This document shows, in pieces, positions 25,761 through 38,797 of a DNA stretch of 64,000 bases (the first letter of the stretch is position 1; every line of letters starts with the position of its first letter). The stretch lies in assembly GCF_004010195.1 (NCBI RefSeq), contig NC_057711.1:72762067-72826066 (forward strand), in the 5' to 3' direction. The position numbers and the translations under genes were made by a program. The notes under the pieces are model-generated. The model had not been told where the DNA came from, did not search any database, and saw only the letters and a list, made by a program, of their open reading frames with translations. The DNA is from Chiloscyllium plagiosum. Its lineage: Eukaryota.

Positions 25761-27095
25761 GTGATGATCTCCATTTCCTCATTGAGACATAATTTGTTAA
25801 GTAATAACACACAGGAATGCATTCACTTTCGTTCTTTGTAAATGCGTTTTGATATAACTGTTTTAACTCCTCATCTTTCTGCTGTAATTCAATCAGCTTA
25901 GCAGAGTTAAAGATGCTTGCATGTTTACCTATTTGCTCCTTCTCTGTTTCACTTATCTGATCGAAAAAAGTCTAGGATAACACTATGTCTGCTTCCATAT
26001 CTGTGCCTTTTGATCTCTTCTGTTTCAGCTTGTGCCTCTGTGATCTTGCGACCACACAATCAGGGACAATTCCTGGATAAACATTCTTCATGTCTTCAGT
26101 TGCCTGAGTCTCCACTGGCTTTTCAACTAGAGTAGGCAGCATGCCTACCAGTGAATCAGCTATATCATTTGCAAGGATAAATTGTATTTCTGGAGCTGAG
26201 AGTTTGTCCGGTACTCCTATCACAAATTCTTCACTCTTCTCGGGACTGTCCACCCTCTCTTTACATAACTGAATGTGAATTCCTGTTACCAGTACCTTTT
26301 CTGGCAATAGTCTCTAAGGAGTGCACATCACCTCATCCTTCAGCATCACAGACTGAGAGGATGCTGTGTCCCTTAATATTGTAACATCCTTACCTAAATA
26401 CTCCTGGCCTATGTGAATGAACTTTACCCTTGCATGTATATTTTTTAAGCAGATCTGGCACTTCCTCCTTAATCAACCTCTGATCATCTTGTACACTCAG
26501 AGGCAGTTGTCTAACTTCCCTTGTGCTTTTTGTTACTAGTCCAACAAAACTTCCAGGCTTGTCTAGTTTTCCTCCATCTGGCTTTCTCTTAGCCCACCAA
26601 AACTGTGATTTCGTGTGGCCTACTTTACTACAATGAAAAACCAAAGGTTTTTAACTTATTTGTTCCCCTCAAGCGTTTCTTTTTTACCCTGTGCTAAGTT
26701 ATCCTTATCCTTTGATCTTCACTGAGATCTACCTTTCCCTTTCCACACGAGGATTTCTCTTTGCCCCAATTTCTATCCCTCATGGACTGAAATTGATTCT
26801 GGAAGCCAAACTGCGTTTTATGGACCAGCTCATAATCATCAGCCACTTCAGCTACTAACCTTGATGTTTTAACTCTATTCTCTTTCTCATGAGTTCACAC
26901 GACTTCAGGTAGTGAATTTTTGAATTCCTCTAAAATATTTACCTCTCTAAGGGCATCATAGGTTTGCTCGATTTTTAAGCTCTTATTCAACTATCGAAAT
27001 TACTATGTTTGATCCTTTCAAACTCAAGATAAGTTTGACCAGGGTCCCTCCTTAGATTCCGGAAACGTTGTCTATCGGCTTCTAGTACAAGCTCA
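25760..27095 (-). pseudogene. Gypsy gag/protease remnant
   Basis: Zinc-knuckle remnant FHCSKVGHTKSQ (~26610-26640); protease-like ILRDTASSQS (~26350-26380). Confidence 0.8.
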
Positions 27096-27103
27096 CTGTT
27101 TAA

Positions 27104-27124
27104 AATCCTGCAAAAAGCCCCCAA
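27104..27124 (-). other. Primer-binding site, tRNA-Pro-like (degenerate)
   Basis: Minus strand TGGGGGCTttttgcaGGAT just inside the 5' LTR, versus canonical TGGGGGCTCGTCCGGGAT. Confidence 0.65.
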
Positions 27125-27126
27125 TC

Positions 27127-27768
27127 TGTTATGGACTAAGCCAGACCACTCAAAACATTCTTAAGCAGACAGCTCAGACCATAACTCTGCAATTTGCTTC
27201 GGTAAGTGTACAGTGAAAATTACCCAGATTAAGTTAGCTAGGTTGACTACTGGATTTTAAGACAGACAAAAATGTATTCACAAAATTACACAATGAAACA
27301 CAAGGAACAAAGGACCCCTACAGAACTCAGCCTATCCAACAAGTCTTAATTATGCCACTCTGAATACACACCAATAAGCAAACTCCCTTTAAAAACCAGT
27401 ATAAATGGAAGTAAAAGTATCAATGCTTACAGGTTGAAGTTGAAGGGCAGAAAACGAGTTTCCACACAACTCCCTGTTGAACTTCTCACCAGTTCATAAA
27501 TGAATTAAAACTGCTCAGCTCAGCTCAGCTAGAGAGCTGACCACTCCCCTCTCTTTATACAAGTCACCTCTAAAGCATGACAACTTTGGCCTGAAGTCTC
27601 ATTTGTTTACATACAAACAAAAGGCCTCTCAAAATCCTTTTCATCTCTGTACCAAAGCAGACTGATCAGAGCCCGGCTCGGTTTATTACCCCTCTGAAAA
27701 AAGTCAAGGACAGATTCTCCATCAGCCAAGGAACAGCTTTTTAAAAAAAAGGGACTGGCTTTGTGACA
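27127..27768 (-). repeat. 5' LTR (642 bp)
   Basis: tgttat...gtgaca; followed by TSD gcag. Confidence 0.9.
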
Positions 27769-28726
27769 GCAGTGTGTGCACCTTATGAGATATGGAAGTG
27801 ATATTTGCAGCAGTGCTAAGTGCATCAGTATGTGGTGAAGGACTGTATGTTAGATTTGAGCCATGATTAAGGAAACTCAATAGAGATTGTTGGTAAGTGC
27901 ACGATAAGGCATTTAACAACATGTGAGGTTAGTGGTGCATTGGTAAAACATGGCATTTGTTTCCTGCTTGGACCACTCGGCTGAGGTCATTGAACTTACA
28001 GCCAGATAACCAGAGTAGACTTCTGGACTTTCTTTGTGGACTACAGCTAAAGGCACTATATCAGAACCTAACTATACTGCAAATGGAGCTCACTGATCTC
28101 TGACACCAACATTGAGTAAACCACAAACATCCTCATGGTGGCAGCACTTGAGCCCTAAAAACTGGTGCCAATAAGTGGTCACGAAAGGCTGGGCATAACA
28201 ATACATTAGTGGCAGTAGGTGGATGACAAAAGTTGAACTTGTGACAGCAACATAGCAGTTGTGAGAAAACCTGTCTCTAGCATCCATCAGAGGTGAAGTC
28301 AACCTGGGAATTCCCAGTGTAAATGTCTGAGCAGGTATTTGGCAAATTCAGGTCGCCAATTGATCTTCTGGACCTCCATTATGGAGACCCAGCACCAGTG
28401 GGCACCTGCTGCACATGTTCCATGTCCTGGCATTTGACACATACCAGCCTCTCCACATCATCATGGCACATCCTCAATTAACTTAGAGTATACTGCACTT
28501 TGGAGTACACCAGGGAACTCTCATTGGAATGCTGCTCCAAGAACCCTGTGTGAGCTAGGGCAGGCACTCAGGTTTACAGACTAGATCAGGCTGCATCTCA
28601 GCACTGCTTGCTTGAGTGCTCACACACTTTACCCCTGCCCGGATGCTCACAGCATCCCTGCTTTGCCTTGCCTTGTGTTACGCCTCCTCAGCTATACCTT
28701 AAAGGCTGACAGTACCTCTGCCTTAA

Positions 28727-28826
28727 ACAAACTCAGAAAGTGCTGGAGGAACTCAGCAAGTTTGGTAGAACCTGTGGAATGAGAAACAGAATTAATGTTT
28801 CGAGTCCAGTGTGACTCTACTTCAAT
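28727..28826 (-). mobile_element. Short PLE-terminus insertion (family C)
   Basis: Minus strand ttgaagta-GAGTC-acactg-GACTC-GAAA-catt; related to 35755-35880. Confidence 0.65.
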
Positions 28827-29366
28827 AAAATATGTTTCCCATGAAACCATGTGTTTGTATGAAAATGTCAAACCCTTATGCTTTGTTATGGTTTAAGTAA
28901 GGATAACTGTCTGGGTGCTTGTTGGTCAAGCTATGTACTAATTCCTCCTTTCTTTTTAATAATGTGTTATGTATTGTGCTTGGATGCAGTAATAGTCTGA
29001 GTGGAAAATGCTGTGGAGAACTGCCTCGCGAATATGAGGGCCACAGGTGAGAGTGAACTATTGCACAGAGGAGTAACAAGTGTATTTAATATAGCCAACC
29101 AAAAATCTGGGCAATTCTCTTTCCATTTAATGATCGTGGTCTTTATGGTATGAACAGTGTGTTAGGCCAGATCAGTCAACTGCAGGCAGTGAGAGAAGAG
29201 GTAATATTTTAATCATTCCAAACAGCATTTTACCTTATTTTGGTTAGGTGCCATTTTGTTGAGTTTCCTGGAGAGCTTCCCTTTGTGAGGTCTAACAAGT
29301 TCTCTTGCACAATTGTCCGAAACTTGCCTCAATAGCAATCTGTCATGCCCCTATGGGACCTCTCTT

Positions 29367-31913
29367 AGAGTCATAGAGTCATAGAGATGTACAGCATGGA
29401 AACAGAACCTTCAGTAAGGTAGGGGGTGGGACCCAGGGAGATAGTGAGAAAAGAGATCAATCTGAGACTGGTACAGTTGATAAAAGAAACAAGGCAAGCA
29501 GTCAGGGCAGGCAGAGACAAAGGAGATAACAAGGTAGGACTGATAAATGAATACATTTATTTCAATGAAAATGGCCTAACAGGGAAGGCAGATGAACTCA
29601 GGGCATGGTTAGGAACATTGGACTGGGATATCATAGCAATTATGGAAACATGGCTCAGGGATGGGCAGGACTGGCAGCTTAATGTTCCAAGACAAATGCT
29701 ACAGAAAGGGAGGCAAGAGAGGAGGGGAGTGGTGATTTGATAAGGGATAGCATTACAGCTGTACGGAGGGAGGATATTCCTGGAATTACATCCAGGGAAG
29801 TTATTTGGGTTGAACTGATAAATAAGAAAGGGATAATCACCTTATTGTGATTGCAATATAGACCCTCCAATAGTCAGAGGGAAATTGAGAAACAAATTTG
29901 TAAGGAGATCTCAGTTATCTGTAAGAATAATAGGATGGTTATGGTACGGGACTTTAACTTCCCAAACACAGACTGGGACTGCCATAGTGTTAAGGGTTTA
30001 GTTGGAGAGGAATTTGTTAAGTGTGTACAGGAAGGGAATGCTGGATGACTAAAGAAATTGAAGGTTTGGTTAAGAAAAAGAAGGAAGCATATGTCAGGTA
30101 TAGAAAAGATAGATCAAATGAATCCTTAGAAGGGTATAAAGGCAGTAGGAGTATACTTAAGAAGGAAATCAGGAGGGCAAAAAGAGGATATGAGAGAGCT
30201 TTGGCAAATAGATTTAAGGAGAATGCAAAGAGTTTACAAATATATTAAGTACAAAAGGGTAACTAGGGAGAGAATAGGGCCCCTCAAAGATCAGCAAGGT
30301 GGCCTTTGTGTGGAGCTTCAGGAGATAGGGGAGATATTAAACAAGTATTTTGCATCAGTGTTTACTGTGGAAAAGGACATTGAAGATATAGACTGTAGGG
30401 AAATAGTTAGTGACACCTTGAAAAATGTCCATATTACAGAGGTGGAAGTGCTGGATGTTTTGAAACACATAAAAGTGGATAAATCCCCAGGATCTGATCA
30501 AGTGCACCCTAGAACTCTATGGGAAGCTAGGGAAGTGATTGCTGGGCCTCTTGCTGAGATATTTGGATCATTGATAGTAACTGGTGAGGTGCCAGAAAAC
30601 TGGAGGTTGACTAACGTGGTGTCACTGTTTAAGAAGGGTGGTAAAGCCAAGCCAGGGAACTATAGACCAGTGAGCCTGACATCGGTGGTGGGCAAGTTGT
30701 TGGAGGAAATCATGAGGGACAGAATGTACATGTATTTAGAAAGGCAAGGACTGATTAGGGATAGCCAACATGGCTTTGTGCATGGGAAATCATGTCTCAC
30801 AAACTTGATTGAGCTTTTTGAAGAAGTAACAAAGAGGATTGATGAGGCAAGAGCAGTGGACGTGATTATATGGACTTCAGTAAGGCGTTTGACAAGGTGT
30901 CGCATGGAAGACTGGTTAGTAAGGTTAGATCTCACGGAATACAGGGAGAACTGGCCATTTGGATACAGAACTGGTTCAATGGTAGAAGACAGAGGGTGGT
31001 GGTGAAGGGTTGTTTTTCAGACTGGAGGCCTGTGATCAGTGGAGTGCCACAAGGATCGGTGCTGGGTGCACTACTTTTCGTCATTTGTATAAATGATTTG
31101 GATGTGAGCGTAAGAGATAAAGTTAGTAAGTTTGCAGATGACACCAAAATTAGAGGTGTAGTGGACAGTGAAGAAGGTTACTTTAGACTACAACAGAATC
31201 TTGATCTGATGGGCCAATGGGCTGAAAAGTGGCAGGTGGGGTTTAATTTAGATAAATGCGAGGTTCTGCATTTTGGGAAAGCAAATCTTAGCAAGATTTA
31301 TACACTTCATGGTAAGGTCCTAGGAAATGTTGCTGAACAAAGAGACCTTGGAGTGCAGGTTCATAGCTCCTTGAAAGTGGAGTCACAGGTAGATAGGATA
31401 GTGAAGAAGGAGTTTGGTGTGCTTTCCTTTATTCGTCAGAGTATTGATTACAGGAGTTGGGAGGTCATGTCGTGACTGTACAGGACATTGGTTAGGCCAC
31501 ATTTGGAATATTGTGTGCAATTCTGGTCTCCTACCTATTGGAAGGATGTTGTGAAACTTGAAAGGGTTCAAAAAAGATTTACAAGGATATTGCCAGGGTT
31601 GGAGGATTTGAGCTATAGGGAGATGTTAAATAGGCTGGGGCTGTTTTCCCTGGAGCATCAGAGGCTGAGGGGTGAGCTCAAAGTGGTTTATAAAATCATG
31701 AGGAGCATGGATAGGATGAATAGACAAAGTCTTTTCCCTGGGGTCGGGGAGTCCAGAACTAGAGGGCATAGGTTTAGGGTTAGAGGGGAAAGATATAAAA
31801 GAGACCTAAGGGGCAACATTTTCATGAGGAGGGTGGAGTGTGTGTGTGGAATGAGCTGCCAGAGGAAGTGGTGGAGGGTGGTACAATTATAACATTTAAA
31901 AGGCACCTGGATG
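29367..31913 (+). mobile_element. CR1 LINE: ORF2 body (+) joined to an inverted 3' tail (29367-29414, -)
   Basis: APE start YFNENGLTGKADELRAWL..METWL, DFNFP, RT motifs; internal deletion at ~30033; body stops before the tail. Confidence 0.95.
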
Positions 31914-32873
31914 GCTTGTCCAATGCTAACCCGATTCTCCCATTCACTGAGGCAGAAGTACTCTTAAGCATCTTATAAAGGCTTGCACTCATAACAAGTG
32001 CTAGAGAGGTTGTTTGTATTTAAGACTGATGTTTTAAACTGTCTTTTTAATTCAAGGTAAAATGTATTATGAGACCTCAAACCAGCTCTGCCTGACAATA
32101 AAGAAAAAGAGACCTTGGAGTGCAGGTTCATAGATCCTTGAAAGTGGAGTCACAGGTAGATAGGATAGTGAAGAAGGAGTTTGGTGTGCTTTCCTTTATT
32201 CGTCAGAGAATTGATTACAGGAGTTGGGAGATCATGTCGTGACTGTACAGGACATTGGTTAGGCCACATTTGGAATATTGCATGCAATTCTGGTCTCCTA
32301 CCTATTGGAAGGATGTTGTGAAACTTGAAAGGGTTCAGAAAAGATTTACAAGGATGTTGCCAGGGTTGGAGGATTTGAACTATAGGGAGATGTTGAATAG
32401 GCTGGGGCTGTTTTCCCTGGAGCATCAGAGGCTGAGGGGTGAGCTCAAAGGGGTTTATAAAATCATGAGGAGCATGGATAGGATGAATAGACAAAGTCTT
32501 TTCCCTGGGGTCGGGGAGTCCAGAACTAGAGGGCATAGGTTTAGGGTTAGAGGGGAAAGATATAAAAGAGACCTAAGGGGCAACATTTTCATGAGGAGGG
32601 TGGTGTGTGTGTGTGGAATGAGCTGCCAGAGGAAGTGGTGGAGGGTGGTACAATTATAACATTTAAAAGGCACCTGGATGGCTTGTCCAATGCTAACCCG
32701 ATTCTCCCATTCACTGAGGCAGAAGTACTCTTAAGCATCTTATAAAGGCTTGCACTCATAACAAGTGCTAGAGAGGTTGTTTGTATTTAAGACTGATGTT
32801 TTAAACTGTCTCTTTAATTCAAGGTAAAATATATTATGAGACTTCAAACCAGCTCTGCCTGACAATAAAGAAA
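31340..32873 (+). repeat. 767-bp tandem duplication (CR1 end plus unique flank)
   Basis: Units 31340-32106 and 32107-32873; twin ORFs at 31488 and 32255. Confidence 0.95.
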
Positions 32874-33002
32874 TGTGACCAGTTGCCATGGGACTGGGGA
32901 TTCCAGGTCAATTCTTTTAGCACCTCAGCACAAATACAGAAGCTGTAGCTTGACTTTCACACATCTTTACTAATTCTTAAACTTACTGATTTTGAGACCC
33001 TA

Positions 33003-33112
33003 GAGTGAGAGAAAGAGAGATAGATATGGAAAGAGAAAAAGATAAATTGAGAGAAATGGAGACAGAGAGAGAGTCAGAGACAGGGATAAAGAGGGAGGGA
33101 GCGAGAGAGAAA
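33003..33112 (+). repeat. GA-rich low-complexity tract
   Basis: Degenerate (GA)n. Confidence 0.8.
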
Positions 33113-33380
33113 ACCACTGCAGCTGTTACAGCCAGTCAGGATAAAATAAAGTATTCTAATAGATTCAAGACAGAATTCTGATGGGAATGCCTCCGGTGGT
33201 TTAAAAACTTGAAAATTAGTGTTTGGACTGGAGCATGCCTTGTAACTTAAAAGTCACTTCAATGATTCTCAGAAGTGAAGGGAAACAATGTTTAATGGTC
33301 AATGGACATTTGACTCAATGACATGTTTTGTCAAGGTTTTATGTTTGTGTTAGAAACTTAAGAGGAGACTTTTTCTGTTG

Positions 33381-33965
33381 TCATAGAGTCATAAAGTCAT
33401 ACAGCATGGAAACAAATCCTTCAATCAACTATTCCACGCTGACCATGTTCCCAAACTAAACTCGTCCCATTTGACTGCATTTGGCCCATATCTCTCTAAA
33501 CCTTTCCTATTCATGTATTCATCCAAATGTCTTTTAAATGATGAAACTGTACCTGCATCCACCTCTTCCCCAGGCAGTTCATTCTACACATGAAGCATTC
33601 TTTGCTTAAAAAAGGTTGTCCCTCGTATCCTTTTTAAAACTTTCTTCTCTCACCTTAAAAATATGTTACCTAGTTTTGAACTGCACTACCCTAGCAAAAA
33701 GAACCTTGCTATTCTCCTTATCTATACCCCTCGTGAGTTTACAAGCCTGTATAAGATCACCCTTCAACCTCTTGCACGCCAGTGAAAAAAATCCCAACCT
33801 GTCCTTATAAGTCAAACCCTCTAATCCCAACAACATCTTACTAAATTTTTTCCGAATCCTCTCCACTTTAATAATATCCTTCCTATAGCAGGACGATCAA
33901 AACAACACACAATACTACAGAAGTGCCCTCAACAATGTATTTTATAAACTTAACATGATGTCCAG
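33381..33965 (-). mobile_element. CR1 3' end
   Basis: ERIRKKFSKMLLGLEGLTY..RLKGDLIQ; tail tcatagagtcata. Confidence 0.9.
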
Positions 33966-35754
33966 TGTATTAGTTGTCTACTAAATAACGTTTAGTTGTT
34001 ACGTTTTTAATTTACTTGCGATAACAGAAGTCTTAAAATGTGAAATAATGTGTAATTTTTCAATTCTAGCACTGGGAATTTAAAAATATCAAAAGATTTT
34101 TTAAAAATTTGTTGCTGTCTCTTCTAAATCTCTTTCTTAATCACACCTTGCTTTTCCTATCTTCAGTTCAGCTTTTATATCTGACATTGGTATTGAATTA
34201 TCTTTTCTTCACTTTGGCATTCAGATTATACATCACTCATTAATGATTCTTCAACCTGATAAGTTAAGGAGCTGCATATTTGCTTTCCCTGTTCACACAG
34301 TATTCTGTACACTTTTGTATTCACTAATTTAAAGTATATTACAACACAAATGCTATAAAAAGTCAGTGGACATGCGTGACCATAGTTACTCATTGGTATC
34401 ATTTGTTCGCAGAGAATAAAGGTTTTCAAAATATATTATGTAAGTGAGAATCATGTTCTACCTGTTTCTGGCCAGGTTCACACACAAATAGAAAATCCAG
34501 ACTGCCTTCTTTGATCATCTTAGGACAGTGGATATAATGCCAACAGCTATTATGAAAAATTGGGTAGTTTGTCACAAGGCAACTTATAGATATACATCAA
34601 AACATGAACGAAAGAAAACAGTAACTAATTGCTCATGATCTGACAATGAAGCATAATATGAATCCCATGTTTTACTCCACTCAAATGACAGAGTAAATGA
34701 AGTTTAAATATTTGTTTATTTGCAGATGCCTATCTTTTATTCATATCATTAACTCAGTAAATGATGTATTCAAATTGCAGAATATTGGTTGCTTGTAATA
34801 AGGACTCCCAAATGAAATGCATTACCATTAAATTAAATATTGTGAAAAAGAGACAAAAATGTCTGGGTTCTGAAGGTCAGTGGTGACCAGTCCAGTGAGC
34901 TCTAACCTACATCTTGAGTGAGGGTCCACCAGAATGGCCAGAGATTTGACTGGAACCTGGATGTACAAGATCCCACACTCAAATCAAAGGTTCCTAAACT
35001 CTAAACAAAAACTAGAAATCCAGCGATGTGAGAGCTGGCCACATCCATCCAGGTTGCTTCTATTGCTCCAACTTTCAAAAAACTCAAGCCTTGCAAGCCA
35101 TTTACTCAACTGGTTTGGATAGGCTGTTTGGCATCTCTGCCTTATGCGCTCGCTTCCAAAAAAGGCCGAACAAAATAATCTCTTAAAGCCACAGAATCAT
35201 CACACTTACCATTTTCCACATAGAATATTTTGGGCCTCCACCAGCATGGCAGTCTCACACTCCTTCCAGGGTTACCTGGAGATGGTGAGCTACATCAAGA
35301 TCCTACAATCCATCACTTAGCTTGGGCTATTGGTACCACCAAAGGGATGGTCAGCTCATTCAGCTCTGCAGCCACCTGAGAGTCAACATGCGTCCCTTTG
35401 TGCCAAATGTCAGCAATGGTTTATAGCAGAATAGATTTACATTGTGATTCATTTGTTAGAAGAATAATGCAAATCTTCAAGATTTATCAGAATAGATTGT
35501 GATGACTCTGTATATTTACATTTTAATGATATATGTTCACGGTTATGGGAATGGGGTGGATAAAAGGTATTAATGTGTTTGATCAGTCGTGATTTTATCA
35601 GCTCAACAGGCCAGATGGTCTACTCCTCTTCTCTCCTGTCATCTTTTTTTGGGACTGTATTTAATTGCGAATGAAATAAAGGGAGTTATAATTTGCTCTG
35701 ACCTATGTCTGATAACAGACTTGGCAAGGTGGCCATTAAATACGGAATGGAGGG

Positions 35755-35880
35755 CTGAAGAAGGATCACTGGACTCAAAATGTTAACTCCGCTTTTGCTG
35801 CACAGATGCTGCCAGATCTGCTGAGTTTGTCCAGCAATTTCTGATTTTGTTTCTGATTTCCTGAATCAGCAGTTCTTTTT
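35755..35880 (+). mobile_element. Short PLE-terminus insertion (family C)
   Basis: CTGAAGA-A-GGATC-ACTG-GACTC-AAAA-TG-TT then cacagatgctgccagatctgctgagtt. Confidence 0.7.
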
Positions 35881-36380
35881 TTTAAATAGAGGATTGATTT
35901 GTTTTGCTGGAAAAGAGTATGGAGCTCACATTTAAAAGCAATGGCAGCGGCATCTGTGTTAAACAGCTGGTCCCCAAAGAACCAGGAAGGTGTTGAGAAT
36001 ATCAGCTTGTCAAGACTTCTATTCTAAACTGTCCATTTACATCCAATGTAAAATAGATTCGGGATCTAAAATAATAATCCATCATGGATACAAGATCCAT
36101 ATAATATTTGTTGCCATGGAGATGAGTTTTGAGAGCAGAAGGGTTTCGAAGATATCCCTGTAAACTCTCAGAAAAAGGCAGACAGCCAAGACCTGGGATA
36201 GAGAGCGCGTGAAAGATATAAAGTAGTTAAAGGCTAGAAGTCTCCTTAGTTCGCCTCTCAGGAATGCAAAGAGCTCACACTCAGACTGAAAAGTCCAAAT
36301 TCAACAACTTTTGAGGTGAGACATGAAGATTCATTCAGCCTATACCAGAGGGAGAATCTCTATGAAAACTGTCAGATGAA

Positions 36381-36470
36381 ATGACATGGAGGTGCTAGTG
36401 TTGGACTGGTGTGAACAAAGTTAAAAATCACACAACACCAGATTATAGTCCACAGGTTTGTTTGAAAGCT
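36381..36470 (-). mobile_element. Short PLE-terminus insertion (family B)
   Basis: Reverse complement of 6177-6265. Confidence 0.8.
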
Positions 36471-37087
36471 TACATTCTCATATGAAAGGCAGTTCTGAGT
36501 TTGAAAGATACCAGGATTGTAATGGAAAAGGACAAATGTAAACTCTTAGGAGCTAAACCTTTTTTGGACTGGTTCAGAAGTTTCAATGCAACAGTTTAAA
36601 ATATAGTGATGCCTCCACCAATAATGGTTAGTCAATGTCACTCCTCCTTTGCTTGTTACTGGAAATGTCTTGAATTGAATTAGCTCTTTTGTCACATATG
36701 CTCAAATGAGTACAGTGAAATGTTTATAGATCCCCACTTATGGAGCCATTTTCGGTACAAAGGTATCCAGATACTCCTTCTTTGATTACAAGATCTTAGA
36801 AAATAGAGAAATAAAATGCCGCGCATTGCAGAAATGAAAGTCCTGAACAGCGGTCTTCGAGGCCATACCACGCTGGCATCTAGCCTCTGGTCTGCACCAG
36901 GCCCTGGCTCCAGACTGTGCACAGCTTCATCTTGAGGATCACGATGCTGTGAGATCGCTCTGGTATCACCTGAACCTGGGTGACCACGCTGAGGCGATGA
37001 CCGGGAGGCCACCTCATCGTACCGGGAAGTTGATGGTGGGGGGGGTCACCACGCCAGGCTGGGAGAACCCCTCGACGTGTCTGCGCT

Positions 37088-37352
37088 GAGGCCGGGGTCG
37101 TCAGGAGCTGGGAGCTGACTGGAGACTGGGAATCATCAGAGGCCGGGAATTGTCGGAGGGCGGGAATCGTCTGAGGTTGGGAATCATTGGAGGTCGTTAA
37201 TCATCAGGGGCAGGGAATCATCAGAAGCTGGGCATCGTTGGAGAGTGTGAATCATCAGAGGCCGGGAATCGTCAGAGACTGGGAATCGTCGGGGGCCAGG
37301 AATTTTCAGAGGCCAGAAGTCAACCGGAGGCTAGAAAACGTTGGAGGCTGGG
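37088..37352 (+). repeat. Degenerate 17-bp minisatellite (~15 units, consensus GAGGCCGGGAATCGTCA)
   Basis: Recurring gggaatc at 17-nt spacing. Confidence 0.85.
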
Positions 37353-38496
37353 AGAAAAGAAGAAGAAAAAATACCAAGAGGGAAAAAAGAGAAGAAAAGG
37401 AAGAAAAATGGGACAGAGAGGATGAGCTCTGCTGAAACCATAAAACAAAAAATCTTACATGTCATCCTTTAACCTTTCATTGGGAGGTTACATTTCATTT
37501 TCAAATGTTATTGGTCTGTATAGATATTTTAACAATTGTTGAAGTACCATAATATTCTAAAACTGTTTTGTCATGCAGATTGTTCAACCATGTAGGAATG
37601 AGAGAAACTCAAATGCAACAGAAATAGTGGCCGTTTCCTACCTCTTTTCCAATAACAATTAATAGCATTATTTTATTTTAGATTTGAGCAGCTACTAATC
37701 AAACTCACAGGCAAGAGCATTTTCACTATGTTCAATTTTGTATAACCATATTCCATTAACAGGAAGAAAATGGGTCAATCAGCAAGTACCTGTAATAACG
37801 CTCTTTTCACACTTCTCAAAATGCCAATGGGCCTCTTAACCAGTATAAATGACAAAAAAAAATCTGTTCTTTCAGATGTGGATTGCACAAAATTTGCAAT
37901 AATGGCTCCAGATGAAAATTGAAAAGCCAATTTCACTGACCAACTATGGAGAGTCTAATGGAATGCATCCTTGCAAAATTGCAAGCCTTTTTGTTATAAC
38001 AGCTAGAAGCATGTTTCTGAGGCAAATTACCTGACAATATAATGTCATTGTGAAGTTTTACTACTTAAGAGAAACAATCATTGGAAGGCAAGGATATTGC
38101 AGGAACAAATCAGCCAAAGATAGAACTGACGGATATATGGAAATAACAGGTCCATATACTAATGTATTGGAAAAGTAATAATTAGCATAAAAATGTAGAA
38201 GCATGTTTCACCAATATTGAAAAACTAGATACCAATTTCTTGTAACAGAAGATATTGAAACACACTTAGTTTGGGAAACATAATAAAATCAGCTAAAATA
38301 TACTGTAAACGTGGCAGCAAAGTTATTTATGCAGTACTTTCTTCCACCAGGCCATTGTGGAGCAGGCAATTAGTCTGTTGAAATGAGGTTTGCATTGGTT
38401 TGTGTGTGTGATGGAGGGAGCTTTTTTTACACTCCAGACAGAGTGTGCTACATTATCCTAGCATGCAGGGAGAGGACATGATGGACTCTGCAGAGT

Positions 38497-38797
38497 TTTA
38501 TTTAATTTCCTACAGTGTGGAAACAGGCCCTTCGGCCCAACCAGTCCACACTGACCCTCCGAAGAATAACCCACCCAGACCCATTTCCCTCTGACGAATG
38601 CACCTAGCACTATGGGCAATTTAGCATAGCCAATTCACCTGACCTGCACATCTTTGTGACTGTGGGAGGAAACCAGAGGAAACCCACGCAGACACGGGAA
38701 GAATGTGCAAACTCCTCACAGACAGTCGCCCGAGCTGGGAATCAAACCTGGGACCCTGGTGCTGTGAGGCAGCAGTGCTAACCACTGAACCACCATG
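38497..38797 (-). mobile_element. tRNA-derived V-SINE (HE1-like)
   Basis: Reverse-complement match to 8145-8446. Confidence 0.9.

Larger units (their letters stand above)
22549..27768 (-). mobile_element. Gmr1-like Ty3/gypsy LTR retrotransposon, decayed and internally deleted
   Basis: TG..CA termini, TSD gcag (22545-22548, 27769-27772), two LTRs; minus-strand order gag-PR-INT-RT. Confidence 0.9.

Noticed and set aside
29341..34130. Possible solo LTR interrupted by CR1 copies
   Set aside because: TG start present but no clear CA end or TSD
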